63,123 bases of DNA, filler included, from Dirinaria sp. TL-2023a (GCA_051941275.1; 49 parts of 49 records of this genome joined end to end with filler, not necessarily neighbours in it), one strand, 5' to 3'; positions 1 through 11,832 are shown, counted from the whole stretch's first letter. Notes: a model not told the origin generated them from the sequence alone. Numbers and translations: made by a program.

Positions 1-214
1 GTTCTCGCCGAAACTCGAAAACCCTTCAAGCGTTCGAGCTGAGAATCGAACTCAGAATCTTGCGACCGTGTTGACTTGGTTTAATGTCAAAGACCCAATC
101 TTGGTTAGATAGGTTTCTCAATGGTAAAAGTCCCGGCAGCGCCAAAAGACTAACTAAACCAAGTTAAGAGACTTGGTGCCTATCTTACTACTTAGATGTT
201 CCAGGGTCGTAACA
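1..214. repeat. LTR-like repeat family A, partial, ends ...GTCGTAACA
   Basis: Near-identical, transition-mutated copies at about 42996-43133 and 43250-43427; terminal TAACA. Confidence 0.65.
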
Positions 215-963
215 AACATGATTACAGTCTTCGACTTCGATCTCATTCAATTTCTCAATAATATGAAGCTGCTGCATACATCGATTAGCATGCGAGAGCA
301 AACGTCGCTGCATTATTCAGTATGCTGACTTTAATTACTCAGACGTAGCATGTTCAACAACGATCAAAACAAGTCTCATCAAATCAAGCTTGTCACAATT
401 GATCGACTCGATCAATCATGCACGATCGAGTGCATGAAGTAGCTTTCGATGTTTTGATACAACTCGATCAATGAATAAACGAGCAGTCTCTTTATCACTT
501 TTTTAAATCTCAACTTTTGTCGAATAATATCTTGCAATCAGTTTGAATCTTTCGAATCTCGATTGTCACGAGTCAGCAACTCGAATCAAAGATCTTAATG
601 ATCGAGATACGCTCATAACTAAAAAAGCTTCGTCGCTGCGAGATTCACTTGTTTGATACGATCGTATGAGATTGTTCATGTCGTTTGCACGCTGTCATTC
701 GCATAATCACGCATTCGATTCATCTTCATCTGAAATGCGAATCATGATGTCTCGTATAATTTAAGATAATTCTGACAATTCGTTTCGATCTTTTGCATGT
801 ATCGATCGACTTGAACGATGATTAACGAAAGTTTTTTCAATCTGATCACGAGACTGTTCATTTCTGCGTATTTCTTAGTTCGAATAATCAGAACGAAGCC
901 ATGATCACTGACGAAAAAGAAGGACTCGATGTCATAAGCTTGTTGATCTTTCGTCTTCATCTG

Positions 964-1218
964 TGTAAGGTCGTACCCGTCAAATACAAGTTGGCGCAGT
1001 ACTTATGTGAAAGACGTGGCAGTGTAATAGACTTGCTTACTATCTAGCACTAGAGTTCTTGCTAGAACTAATCACTAAGGAACCTCCCAGAAAAGTGGAG
1101 GGGTCTCCTATAGTTAACTGCGAGCTTCAACGCTGCCCCACCATGACACCCCATCATGGTGAGCTCCGCGCTAGATAATTAAGAGTACCAATAGACACAA
1201 TACTTATATGCGCAGGCT
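964..1218 (-). mobile_element. LTR family B, diverged subfamily, truncated by contig end
   Basis: Starts TGTAAGGTCGTA; shares GAAAGACGTGGCAGTGTAATAG and GCTAGAACTAATCACTAAGG with the copy at 35384-35795. Confidence 0.8.
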
Positions 1219-1318
1219 NNNNNNNNNNNNNNNNNNNNNNNNNNNNNNNNNNNNNNNNNNNNTTAATTAATTAANNNNNNNNNNNNNNNNNNNNNNNNNN
1301 NNNNNNNNNNNNNNNNNN
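1219..1318. other. Artificial contig linker N44-TTAATTAATTAA-N44 (first of 48 identical 100-bp spacers; last at 61862-61961)
   Basis: Identical 100-bp spacer recurs about every 1.3 kb; the 12-mer gives stops in all six frames; intervening blocks decrease monotonically in length. Confidence 0.99.
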
Positions 1319-1842
1319 TCATATGCGATTTCACGATGATCGAGCGAAGTCACACAGCGTTTTGTTTACACAGCTGAGAACGAGTAAGATAAACTTCAAT
1401 CAATTTTTAAGCGAGCGACTCGTCTTTGAAATGATCACAGAGATCTGCGAGTGCGAACAAAATCGTATGACAGTCAGACACGTGCTACTAACGTGTTTTA
1501 CGTGAAGACAGAAGAGACTAGAGATGCAACGAAGAACGAATAACATCACAAATATGAGAAAACTGCTCGATAACGTCGCTGATATCACAGCGGCGATACG
1601 CATGATTTTATTCACTGATCTACTCACTCAGTTTCAGACGACTGCTTTTTCTTCGAATTCTTAGACTCATAGAGTTCTCGCATGAAGGATTTTCTAATAT
1701 TATGAATAGAGAAAACTGCGCGTAACAAGAAAAGAGTCGACGCAGCGCTGACGCGCCGCCGATATAAGTATATAGATCTCGCATAGGCCCCTTGTGAGTG
1801 TTGAATCGAGTAAGAATTAAAAAAAAAAAAAAAAAAAAAAAA
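1319..1842 (+). mobile_element. 3' end of Tad1-like LINE (ORF2 C-terminal CCHC knuckle, 3' UTR, poly(A)), RIP-decayed
   Basis: QLRTSKINFN...CECEQNRMTVRHVLLTC motif; A-run 1819-1842; second copy on the minus strand at 57410-58069. Confidence 0.85.
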
Positions 1843-2694
1843 TAAAAAAAGAAATTATTTTCTCATAAATTTTATATCAACTTCGAATAATTTGGTTGCC
1901 TCAAATATCAATAGCTTGCGTTAGCAGCATTTTAAGAATTTGCGAAATATATACTAATAGTCGTGTGCTTTTTGAGTAAGTTCGTATTGATCTTCTATAT
2001 TGACTTTAGGGCGTAGAAGATTCGACAATACGTTGAAGACTGCGATAACAGCTGCTCGGTTTACTGACTTCTTCACAGCTAAGATCTCTGAATGCTTAGA
2101 CGGATGACATGCGAGAATCCTGTCTGCGATCTGTTTGTGAAGTTCATAGAAGAAGACTTTGTCATCTTCTTTGTGCAGCTTGACTGCAGACTCGACCAAG
2201 TAGAAAAGATAGGGCGTAAGATAGTGTAAAAGATCAACCGCAATCGCGGTCATTGCAATTTTTACTTGAAGGAGATAATAATTTATTAGTTCGATGCCTG
2301 CGATGAATCGAAATAATTGATGTGATATCGATAAATCTTTGATTATGGTATAGTTCTGTGAGACGATTTGCAGACTCAAATGATTTTCGTGTCCGTATTA
2401 CAAGCCTGCGAGACATCATTTAATAGTATCTGCTTCAACAGCATTCTTTTCGGTTTTTACATCCGCGTCTTGCTTCTTATTCGCATGTGCCTCATTGAAT
2501 GAAGCTGGGACCGTGAGGCGCAATTCTAGTTTGGAGNNNNNNNNNNNNNNNNNNNNNNNNNNNNNNNNNNNNNNNNNNNNTTAATTAATTAANNNNNNNN
2601 NNNNNNNNNNNNNNNNNNNNNNNNNNNNNNNNNNNNGAGTAGGAGTCAAAGTGATAGCGCAACTGCTTAAGCACTTGCAATTATCATTGAGCTA

Positions 2695-2723
2695 TAGATA
2701 ATTGGAGTGTAATTTGATATAAT
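2695..2723 (+). promoter_or_regulatory. Putative sigma70 promoter of the panA operon
   Basis: TAGATA (2695-2700), 17-bp spacer, extended -10 TGaTATAAT (2715-2723), 37 nt before the ATG at 2761. Confidence 0.55.
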
Positions 2724-2760
2724 AAGAGCATATGTTTGTATTGGATTGTGAGAAGACTAA

Positions 2761-3303
2761 ATGGACGATACAAGACAACAGGCGAAAGAATTGGTTTGCA
2801 CAATAATAGCCGTAACAGGCGGAGAACTCCATAAAAAAGTCGCTCTGTTCAAAGCATTCTACTATGCACACTTGTTTTACTGGCAAGAACACCAAGAAGC
2901 GCTTACAGACCATCCGATAGTAAGAATGCCACAAGGGCCTGGGATTGACGACCATACTTCCATCTTACGTGAACTAGAGGGCGAAGCTCGGATTGAGATC
3001 AGGCGAGAGCCTTATGGTCCATACCAAGAATATGTGTACAAACTAAAAAGCCCCTTCACCATTGATCCTGGTTCGCCCCATCACACTGCTGTGGAGCGGG
3101 CAGTGAAGTGGGTTCAAGGTAAGAGTGCAATGGAATTATCGGAGGAGGCCCACGACTACTCGCGGAGTTGGCAGATTGGTCAGGACGGACAGGAACTTAA
3201 CATCTATATCGATCTGCTTGATGACGCAGAATACGTCGAAATGAATAGACGCTTACGCGCTTCTGAGGAAATGGTGAATGACGTCTTTGCAGAAGTCGGC
3301 TAG
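2761..3303 (+). CDS. panA: Bacterial Panacea-domain (DUF4065/SocA-like) antitoxin, 180 aa
   Basis: Intronless; KVALFKAFYYAH, RMPQGPG (GPV-like motif) and SAMELSEEAHDYSRSW...GQELNI match the Panacea motif order. Confidence 0.8.
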   Translation: MDDTRQQAKELVCTIIAVTGGELHKKVALFKAFYYAHLFYWQEHQEALTDHPIVRMPQGPGIDDHTSILRELEGEARIEIRREPYGPYQEYVYKLKSPFTIDPGSPHHTAVERAVKWVQGKSAMELSEEAHDYSRSWQIGQDGQELNIYIDLLDDAEYVEMNRRLRASEEMVNDVFAEVG

Positions 3304-3628
3304 AATTATTCTCAGCGGTATTGAACTTTATCTACGCGAGAAAGTCACGCCGGCCAAAGCGCTTATCGCAATGGGTTGGCGTGACTTTCGTTCGGCGGAC
3401 CGCCCTGAGACTGCTGATGTAGTGGCAATGGCTTGTGAAGCGTTCGTCTATTTGTCCATCAATGAAGACGGTCACTGGAACGGAACGGTCAATGTGTTGA
3501 CCGCCATCAAGAGACAAACGGCACATGCGTCGTCTTCTGAAGATCTAAGACGATTGGCAGCACTCCTCCGAGCGAGGCCGGTTTCTGTGGATGACGTAAG
3601 AGATTGGTTCAATAGCGTGTACGGTTGA
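3278..3628 (+). CDS. Hypothetical 116-aa protein, candidate toxin partner of PanA
   Basis: Overlaps the panA end by 26 nt, GAGG upstream of the ATG, same strand; no family recognised. Confidence 0.65.
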   Translation: MTSLQKSARIILSGIELYLREKVTPAKALIAMGWRDFRSADRPETADVVAMACEAFVYLSINEDGHWNGTVNVLTAIKRQTAHASSSEDLRRLAALLRARPVSVDDVRDWFNSVYG

Positions 3629-3649
3629 GCGGCTATTACTCCCGCTTGC

Positions 3650-3763
3650 CTGATCCAGTTCTTCGAGTACTTCCACGGCGACAACGGCGCCGGCATCGGC
3701 GCCTCCCACCAGACCGGCTGGACCGGCCTTGTCGCCAAAATCATCGAACAAAGCGGAGCATAA
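3650..3763 (+). pseudogene. Orphan 3'-terminal fragment (37 codons) of a bacterial GH63/MGH1-like glucosidase
   Basis: Translates [39 protein letters not shown]-rich, C-ending codons; no start codon, upstream stop at 3626-3628; not in the ORF track. Confidence 0.8.
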
Positions 3764-3783
3764 GGGTTTCCAACCCGCTTTTC
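3764..3783 (+). terminator. Weak hairpin followed by a T-run, possible terminator
   Basis: GGGTT-TCC-AACCC then GCTTTTCT directly after the TAA at 3763. Confidence 0.3.
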
Positions 3784-4028
3784 TGGGAATGAATAAATCA
3801 GATATAGCCTTCTTCACGAAACAAAATCGGGATGGAGACCGTCTCCTCATAAGNNNNNNNNNNNNNNNNNNNNNNNNNNNNNNNNNNNNNNNNNNNNTTA
3901 ATTAATTAANNNNNNNNNNNNNNNNNNNNNNNNNNNNNNNNNNNNNNNNNNNNGTCTGAGAAACAGAGACCCATTATGATCAAGAAAACGCATTTTCTTG
4001 ACGTTTAAATTTGATAATCACGTGATTA

Positions 4029-4160
4029 GTTCAAGTAATTCAAGAGAATCTGATGCTTAGACATCTTGATCCGTTCAAGTAATTCAAGAGAATCTGATGC
4101 TTAAACATCTTGATCAGTTCAAGTAATTCAAAAGAATCTGATGCTTAAACATCTTGAGCA
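4029..4160. repeat. Three tandem copies of a 44-bp unit inside LTR family C
   Basis: GTTCAAGTAATTCAAGAGAATCTGATGCTTA(G/A)ACATCTTGA.. starts at 4029, 4073 and 4117. Confidence 0.95.
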
Positions 4161-4393
4161 TTTAGCGTAGAAGAATTACTATATAGATCTTCAACACGAC
4201 GCTCTTCTGACATTGTGTTCAATCTCAGTTAACTTGTCTACTACTGTTACAAGTACTGAATATCTATCTTGTGTGATATTTGCCCTATCACGTTGACACT
4301 CGTTGCTTATGAACTGAATCTCTTCAACAGATCAAACCCTAGCATCTTTTATTAGATATCTGGAAATCTAGATTGATAGTAGAAGACGCAACA
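4150..4393. mobile_element. LTR family C, partial
   Basis: Aligns to the reverse complement of 8515-8745; ends GATAGTAGAAGACGCAACA. Confidence 0.7.
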
Positions 4394-4414
4394 GCGTGTT
4401 GACGCTGTTGAGCT

Positions 4415-4633
4415 TGTTAGGACCGATGCAGAGCAAGTCAATGCAGATATAGTTAACTAAGGATATTATCACTAAGGAAGGAAGAAGAAGAAAAACTAGA
4501 TACAGTAGGGGTTCTCGAGTATATATGCGTGTGTGCGGATGTCGGGTAAACACTTCGATCGGATTAGCGCATTCCCCCTGAGAACCCTGAGAGGTGTTGC
4601 CCCAGGTAGTATATTAGGTGCATGCTCGTAACA
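4415..4633 (-). mobile_element. Solo LTR (family D) with 5-bp target-site duplication
   Basis: TGTTAG...GTAACA termini flanked by GAGCT at 4410-4414 and 4634-4638; ends resemble the LTR at 59816-60064. Confidence 0.9.
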
Positions 4634-5170
4634 GAGCTCTTGTGTCAGTGCGATCATCTCTGCCGCACTCATTTTCTGTACTCTTTTCGCTTCCGCGTCT
4701 TCTTTGATCCAGATCACAATCTTCAGTTCTTTGCTCAGCTAACGCTTCGACGATGTAGTAATAACGTTGACGCGTGTTGTTCTTTGTGCGCTCGCGATGC
4801 TCATAATCGTTATCTTCGCTCAATTGCTTTTTTTCTGCACGTGTTTCTTTTTTTGTACAGCTTTTTCAAGTCTGCTGATCATTTTCTCAAATCGCGCAAT
4901 CATCGCGTCGTTATCATTTTGTGTGATCGAGATAGTTGCGATTTCGCTCTGACGCGTCTTTGCGCGAATCATGTCGAACAGATTGTGCAATTCAGTCATC
5001 GACATCATTCTGTTGACATTGATTTCTTTAAACTCATAAAGTCTCATAATCTTATTTATCTCATTCAATATTTCGTTCGATTTTGATATTTTTCTCTGCG
5101 AAGACGTTTCGATAATATTTCGTTTATTTGTCGACGTCGCGTCGATCGCGTTCGTCTCATCGCGACGAAT
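4634..5170 (-). mobile_element. RIP-decayed retroelement coding sequence, possibly LINE ORF1
   Basis: Long frame broken by TGA stops, Gly/Pro/Trp-depleted, coiled-coil-like; target of the solo LTR. Confidence 0.4.
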
Positions 5171-5311
5171 NNNNNNNNNNNNNNNNNNNNNNNNNNNNNN
5201 NNNNNNNNNNNNNNTTAATTAATTAANNNNNNNNNNNNNNNNNNNNNNNNNNNNNNNNNNNNNNNNNNNNCTGTCCTACCCAACCAGAGGTAGCAATTCT
5301 TTGGTCGTGAA

Positions 5312-6241
5312 AATGGCTCAAGCCGTTGCATTATCCCGTGAGTACATGTAGCCTGGCATGGACTTCATAACCAACGCATGGTTCGCCATTTCAGCCGCTC
5401 CCCCCTTTACCATGCTGCCCTTCCATCGAGGTGACACACTCGGAGTATCTCTTCGTCTCGTCGCTCGGTTACTGACGTGGCAGAACTCATCGGAAATATG
5501 GCACGATCCGGTGAGGTACTTGAGCTGAGCTCTGATTACTTTGCAGGATCATCTGTATGACAAAGCTCAACTGGATACACCCAAAATCCATGCAACAAGG
5601 CTGCTACAAGAGCCTTGGACAATTCGTGGTACCTATATATCTTCATGCAAGTCTCTCAGACCTTGGAAACTCAGAACGATTGCCTACGAAGCTGCAAATT
5701 GAGTATCAAGTGTCGAACCATGGCCTTCTCCGCCTTCTCCAAGGCGTCGTCCAGCCTTCCCTCTTCGAAGGGAAGTTGCCATTCTACCAAAATTTCGAGG
5801 ACCGGCTCTTCTGTAAGGACTAAGATGTTGGATTCCTGGTGGCAATACCCTGTTGTGGCTAATCGTGAAGCCTGCGAGTAAGCAGCCCGACACGCGAACC
5901 ATAACCTCTTGTGCTGGTATGGGCCAAAGTACGGACACAGTACGTTTTCTTACTCCCATGCTGTGGCACAGCCGATTCCTAAGGGAAGGCAGACATCAGC
6001 GCAATACCAACCAGATGATGCAGTCTATGTTATTGCCACAGATGGTCACAAGGCGCCACGAAAGCGGACAAAATTCTATATCTGCTCTTGTGTAGGGAAG
6101 AAAACAAAGCACGATGGTAGCCAAGTGACTGTGTACAAGCTCAACACATGTCCAGCTGGACGCAAAGAAAGGAGGCGTCGTATAATCAAAAAGGATGGCT
6201 CAGCAGAATTTGAGGAGGACGAACTTGATTACATGTACTAG
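5312..6241 (+). CDS. Possible multi-exon fungal hypothetical gene
   Basis: ATG at 5312, several GTGAGT/GTAAGC...CAG intron-like segments, terminal ORF ending EFEEDELDYMY*. Confidence 0.3.
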
Positions 6242-7194
6242 TAGAGGGCAGCACAAGCACGAACGGCCTGTCAGCTCACACTGCCGTTCTACAGAGTACT
6301 CCTCCTACAGTGCTGCTAAAGCTTTTGTACAAGGTCCAAGTACTCGAACCCACTCCTTCATTGATCTCGCACCTTTTGTATTCATCCGAGGTTACCTTGG
6401 AAGTAGCCATCAGCATAAACATTATGTATACCCATACTACCTTTTTTTTTTTTTTTTTTTTTTTTGGGGGGGGGGGGGGGGGGGTNNNNNNNNNNNNNNN
6501 NNNNNNNNNNNNNNNNNNNNNNNNNNNNNTTAATTAATTAANNNNNNNNNNNNNNNNNNNNNNNNNNNNNNNNNNNNNNNNNNNNACTTTTGGTGCATTT
6601 CTCGATCTATTATCTTTTTCTTTGTTTCGGTTTTTTAATCCTCCTCCTCTTTGCCATTGATGGGTTCGGGGTTCGAGGTTCGGGTTACTAGAGGTATGAA
6701 GAGGAAACGAAAAGAAACCCAAGGAAAAGTAAGGGGTGTGCTGAGATGATTTAAATTTTTCCCCCCTCGAGATAGGCGAGCTAAGTTGAGTTGATATAGC
6801 ATTAAAGTAGGACACATGGGGATAGGACTGGATTGATCAAGATGGACTAGTTGTGCTGTGCGTACGAGTACGAGGACAGTTGTATTGTTTTTCTCTGGGA
6901 TATAGGCTCGTACTGATTGTGGAGTGATGGGGTAGGTAAGGTACTGTAGAATTTGGAACCAGGGTCTTGAACCGTATCACTGAAGGAGAAAAGCAAGTGG
7001 ATTAATTTTTGGGGGGTTTTGAACTGCTCTTTCTTTCTTTCTTCTTCTTCCCCCCCCCCCCAATAAATGGTAAGGTAAGAAAATGACGGAGATACCAAAC
7101 GCGAAACGGCTTCATAATGTATATCATATTTCTTTTCCCTCCCTATTCTCCCAAAATCACCTGCAGATTTCTTGCTCGAGATCCCGCTCAAGCG

Positions 7195-7799
7195 TCACCA
7201 AGTCTTCATGTGGTGCGACATAGAAGATGTGCGCGCGTCCTCTGTTGCCGGCAAGGAAGGTAGTCTCGCAATCGGACTGTATTCGGTCGAAGATTCCATG
7301 ATGTCGTCACCAGGAACCGCTTCCATCAGTGGAGCATTGCGGGATGAGTCAGCGTCTCGCGATGGCTGCCGGAGAAGTTCAATAGCATCGTCGCTTTGCG
7401 AGGAGGGGATGTCGGTCTTGATGGCCTGCACACCGGGAGGGTATCGGTATTTGGGGCCTTCCTCCACGCCCTCTGGGAATATTTGGTCAGCAACAACAGT
7501 CAGGATTTAGGATCGGGATCTGATCTGGAAGCTCACAATGCTCTAAGTAGAGGTACTCGACGATGGAGGGCGCCCAAACGGTAACGGCGATGATCTGGCC
7601 GAAGCTCTATGCTGGCGAGACGAGGTGCGCTTTGACGAAAAGACTGTACAGGTAAAAGTGATATGCGAAGCAGAGCGCCCAAATCAGAGCCAGGAGAGTG
7701 TACACCGATCTTATTCCGATTATCCTGGGCAGCTTGCTCAGCGGAGAGGCGTGTGCTAAGCTTTCCAATCCTTTTCGTATCCGTGCTCGAGTTGAGCCT
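7195..7799 (-). pseudogene. 3' part of a fungal membrane protein with a premature stop
   Basis: TM segment then SPA*SFGQIIAVTVWAPSIVEYLYLE (TAG at 7607-7609 where W is expected), intron-like 7473-7536, then GVEEGPKYRYPP. Confidence 0.45.
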
Positions 7800-8514
7800 N
7801 NNNNNNNNNNNNNNNNNNNNNNNNNNNNNNNNNNNNNNNNNNNTTAATTAATTAANNNNNNNNNNNNNNNNNNNNNNNNNNNNNNNNNNNNNNNNNNNNA
7901 AATGATTTGAGTTTCGCAATCGAAGTATCTCTCAGCTTTATCAACAGATTTGACAGCATTGAGCGAATCCGTCCGCTCTGGACCTCGAGCTCTGCAGTTT
8001 CTGTTGGAATTCTAGTACTGACCTCCATGTCTCCTGCCGAGTAAACTTGCTCGGTACCCTATGTCGGCCAAGTGTACCCGAGGTCACGTGCAGAGTAAGC
8101 TCACCCGGCACGTGATCGACCCTTTGTATATAGTATGAGTCGCTCCCCCAAACTTCTAGAAAGTAACCAAGCGTTCTATCACCTATATTTTGACAGTTTC
8201 TCAACAGCGATTGGGTCTGAAGCTTCCCGCGTCCTCGAAAAGCTTTTAGCGACTACGACTCTGGACCTCGAGCTCTATAGTTCTTCTGTAACGATTGGGT
8301 TTGAAGCTTTACAAGAGGGAGACGAACACAGTCGTCTTTGAGAAGCGATTGGATTCGGGGCTTCGCAACAGAAGAAGACCGACTGATTTGCTAGCTTTGA
8401 GCGAACCCTTCGGTTTTGAATCTCGATCTCTGCAGTGTTTGGCAACGATTGAGTCTGAAGCTTCGCAAGAAGGAGGCGAGAGAGGTGAAGACAGATTCTG
8501 ACGGAGATTTTAAT

Positions 8515-8855
8515 TGTTACGTCCGCTACTATCATCTAGAATAAGGTTCTAATATAAGACTGGGGTTTGATCTTGTCGGAGAGGTCTGTCAAGGAACAAC
8601 GGGTGTCTGTGATATGGCAAGTATCACGCAAGGTACAAGTTACTTAATTCAATAGTAGACAAGTTAACTGAAGTTGAGCAGGATGCCAGAAGGGCGTCGT
8701 GTTGCAGATCTATATAGTAGTCCTTCTACGCTAACTGCTCAAGGTGCTCAAGTCTTGATCATCTTGATCATCTTGATCTGGTGACGACTTCTAGCGCGGA
8801 GAGACTGCAAAGTGGTAAGCTTAGAACCTTAAAGCGGAGAGTTATCTATCTAACA
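8515..8855. mobile_element. LTR family C
   Basis: TGTTAC...TAACA termini; homologous to 4150-4393. Confidence 0.65.
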
Positions 8856-10534
8856 TATGAGAAATTTAGCTTCGAACGACATACTTTCTTCAGCCAATAG
8901 AAGAGGGTTCGAAGACACAATCTCGTCAAATATTCATGAGCCACCTCTCTCCCGCGACAACGAATCGAAGAGTATCGATGCCTTATCGCAATCTCACTGT
9001 AAGTCTCATCCAGAGAACGATCAGCTAGTTGACCATCACAATCAGACACAAGTTGAATGAAAAATGATGCTTTGATGTACGGTTGTCCAATTCTGGATGA
9101 CGCCTAAAATCCTNNNNNNNNNNNNNNNNNNNNNNNNNNNNNNNNNNNNNNNNNNNNTTAATTAATTAANNNNNNNNNNNNNNNNNNNNNNNNNNNNNNN
9201 NNNNNNNNNNNNNGGGGTGTGCTTAGCGGGCGCCTAAAAATAATCTGCTTTTTTGTTCTTCTCACTCATTAGCAAGAATCGTCGTTCGCGCTCACGCAAT
9301 GTGTCTGTGTCTCGTCTATAATCTCATTTCTACTACGCAGCTTCTCTAAACGAGGTTCTTCATCTCACACATGTTAAGGAAAATAAAATGCCCATTGATA
9401 AGAATTAAGAAGTCGTTTAGGGTCTATCGGTACGTAAGATGATTGATGAACTTCAAATAATGTACTTAAGCTAGAAAAGGTGGAACATTAGTAAGATTTA
9501 GGGTTTGCAATCCTCAATCGATTATCTTATCAGTCGCCAAATTCTTATCGTAAGATCAAGCTTTATCTTGATAACATGACGCGTTTTGCGACAGAGCACC
9601 GTGAGCACACAACCAATCAAGAGACCGGTCAGACGATCTTTGAATCTGTGGAGTGAGACGGATCATTAATTCAAAGACAAAGCTATCAACATCCCAACAA
9701 GGGACTTCGTCATTTGTTGAAAGTACGAAAGTACCTGCTTTCTGCACATATCAAATCGTCGTGACTTCATTCTTTAGGATCCGCATGAGCAGGTAGGTAC
9801 GGTCGCTATTAGGGCTACCTTGAGTTTTCAATCCTGTTGGAATGTAAAAAGCAGAGATCTATACAGACCGTGCTTTCCTTCAAGTCAGAGACAATGCATA
9901 TGCTTATCCCATATGAGGTGTCGATGTTTCCCGTCGTCATCAGAGCCTATCTCGCGCATTCATTGATTTTTAATCATCGGCATCCAAGGCACAAGGGGAG
10001 TGAAATGCAATCGTACGGATGAATTGCAACACCGAAAGGTTTGGCGCACCTGCGTGCTGATAGCCACGTTCCATCTCTCTTAACCCCCAGGCCCTGACGA
10101 CAGGTAGACACTTGCATGTATCTTTCCCTCAAACGCGTCCCAATTTTTTGATTTGTAAGGAGCACCACTCAAGCACGCCATCTTAGGATCAAATGAGAAA
10201 CCACCTGCATTTCCTGCCTTATGACCACCACTTACAAATCCAAAGCCTACGTAATGCGATTGTATATGAACTTGGAGCTCTCTACATGGCCTTATACTTC
10301 AACTATCAAATTCAAGGACATCCATATCCAAGCCTCCAAGCCCATTGTGAAATCAGAAAAGCAGGACTACATTGATTACCATGGCTTCCACCCTCTCCGC
10401 GCCTTCAACCACGGCCCCGCACCTCNNNNNNNNNNNNNNNNNNNNNNNNNNNNNNNNNNNNNNNNNNNNTTAATTAATTAANNNNNNNNNNNNNNNNNNN
10501 NNNNNNNNNNNNNNNNNNNNNNNNNTCTCCTACA

Positions 10535-11676
10535 ATGTCGTCTTGCTGCCTCACTGGCTACAAATGGGACGGTAAGCCCAAAGGTACCGAGTCCACACTT
10601 GCCAAGAACAATACCTACGTGACCGGAGACAACAAAGATGTCGCTATCTTGATGGTACATGACATATTCGGGTGGACGCTACCCAATCTTCGCTTGACGG
10701 CGGATCATTACGCGGAAGAGGTCGGGGCGACTGTCTACCTCCCAGACTTGTAAGCCTTCTTTCTCCTCCTTTGATCGACATTTTCGCAGGACTAAATGGC
10801 CTCTTTTGCTCTTCCTTATGTCGCAACCCTTATTTGCTATGTTACCTTCTTTCCCTCGCAATCTCATCGATGAGCCGTCCTGACTGCTGGCCCCCAATAC
10901 TGTGAATTCATGCGTACAGAAACTGTTCTAACGAATTGTGCTGTGTGAAGCTTTGGAGGTGAAGTTGTGTCTCCCGAAATGCTGTTCGACCCTGAGCGAC
11001 GTGCAAAGTTCGACACAAGAAAGTTTGTCGCCGAAAAGAACAGCAAAGCCATACGCTTTCCTGAGATATCTTCCTGCGCGCGATCCTTGAAGGAAGAGCA
11101 TGGGTTCAAAAAAGTTGGTGCTGTGGGATTCTGCTACGGGGGTTGGGCTGTCTTTCAGCTGGGTGCAAAGGGTGAGTTGTGTGAACTCTTAGAAAGACAA
11201 TCCTGGCTGTCTACTGTGTTTTGGTGCTCTATCTTTGCTTTCTCCCATCTCTTCTCGGCTTTCTCTGCTGCATTCCTTCCTAGAGAGAAAGATATGAAGC
11301 TGTGCCTGACCATATGCCCTGGCTTGGACCTTTTCAAAGCGGAGCGGCTGATCGATGAGGCATAGATAACGCGCTCGTCGACGCCATTTCCACCGCGCAC
11401 CCATCTTTACTCACCAACGAGGAAGTGGACGCCATTTCGGTTCCCGTACAGATCTTAGCGCCAGAGCATGATCCAATGCTCACTCCAGAACTCAAAGCCT
11501 ACTGCAACAACACGATCCCCTCACTAAACGTGCCATACGATTATCAGTATTTCCCTGGTCTGACGCATGGTTTTGCCGCGCGAGCCGACGAGAAAGATGA
11601 GAAGGCGAAGAAAGGATTGGAGAGGGCGAAGAATTGTGTCTCGAGCTGGTTCGGACATTGGCTGCATGTGAATTGA
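10535..11676 (+). CDS. Dienelactone hydrolase family protein, complete, 3 exons (10535-10749, 10951-11171, 11366-11676)
   Basis: CCLTG, HDIFGW, VYLPDFFGG, nucleophile elbow GFCYGG, AHPS, HGFAAR; GT-AG introns restore one frame. Confidence 0.93.
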
Positions 11677-11832
11677 GAGTACCGCACTAGGCTACTTGCT
11701 CCTGGGGAGACATATACTTGGCTGGTGGCTGCNNNNNNNNNNNNNNNNNNNNNNNNNNNNNNNNNNNNNNNNNNNNTTAATTAATTAANNNNNNNNNNNN
11801 NNNNNNNNNNNNNNNNNNNNNNNNNNNNNNNN

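Noticed and set aside
1954..2379. 141-aa minus-strand ORF
   Set aside because: No recognisable motif and no true ATG start; cannot support a call.
3332..3850. Minus-strand ORFs 3332-3526, 3472-3744 and 3545-3850
   Set aside because: Shadows of the plus-strand ORF2 and the glucosidase tail; no recognisable protein.
4029..4160. Possible CRISPR array
   Set aside because: Head-to-tail units without spacers, inside a fungal LTR, and no cas genes.
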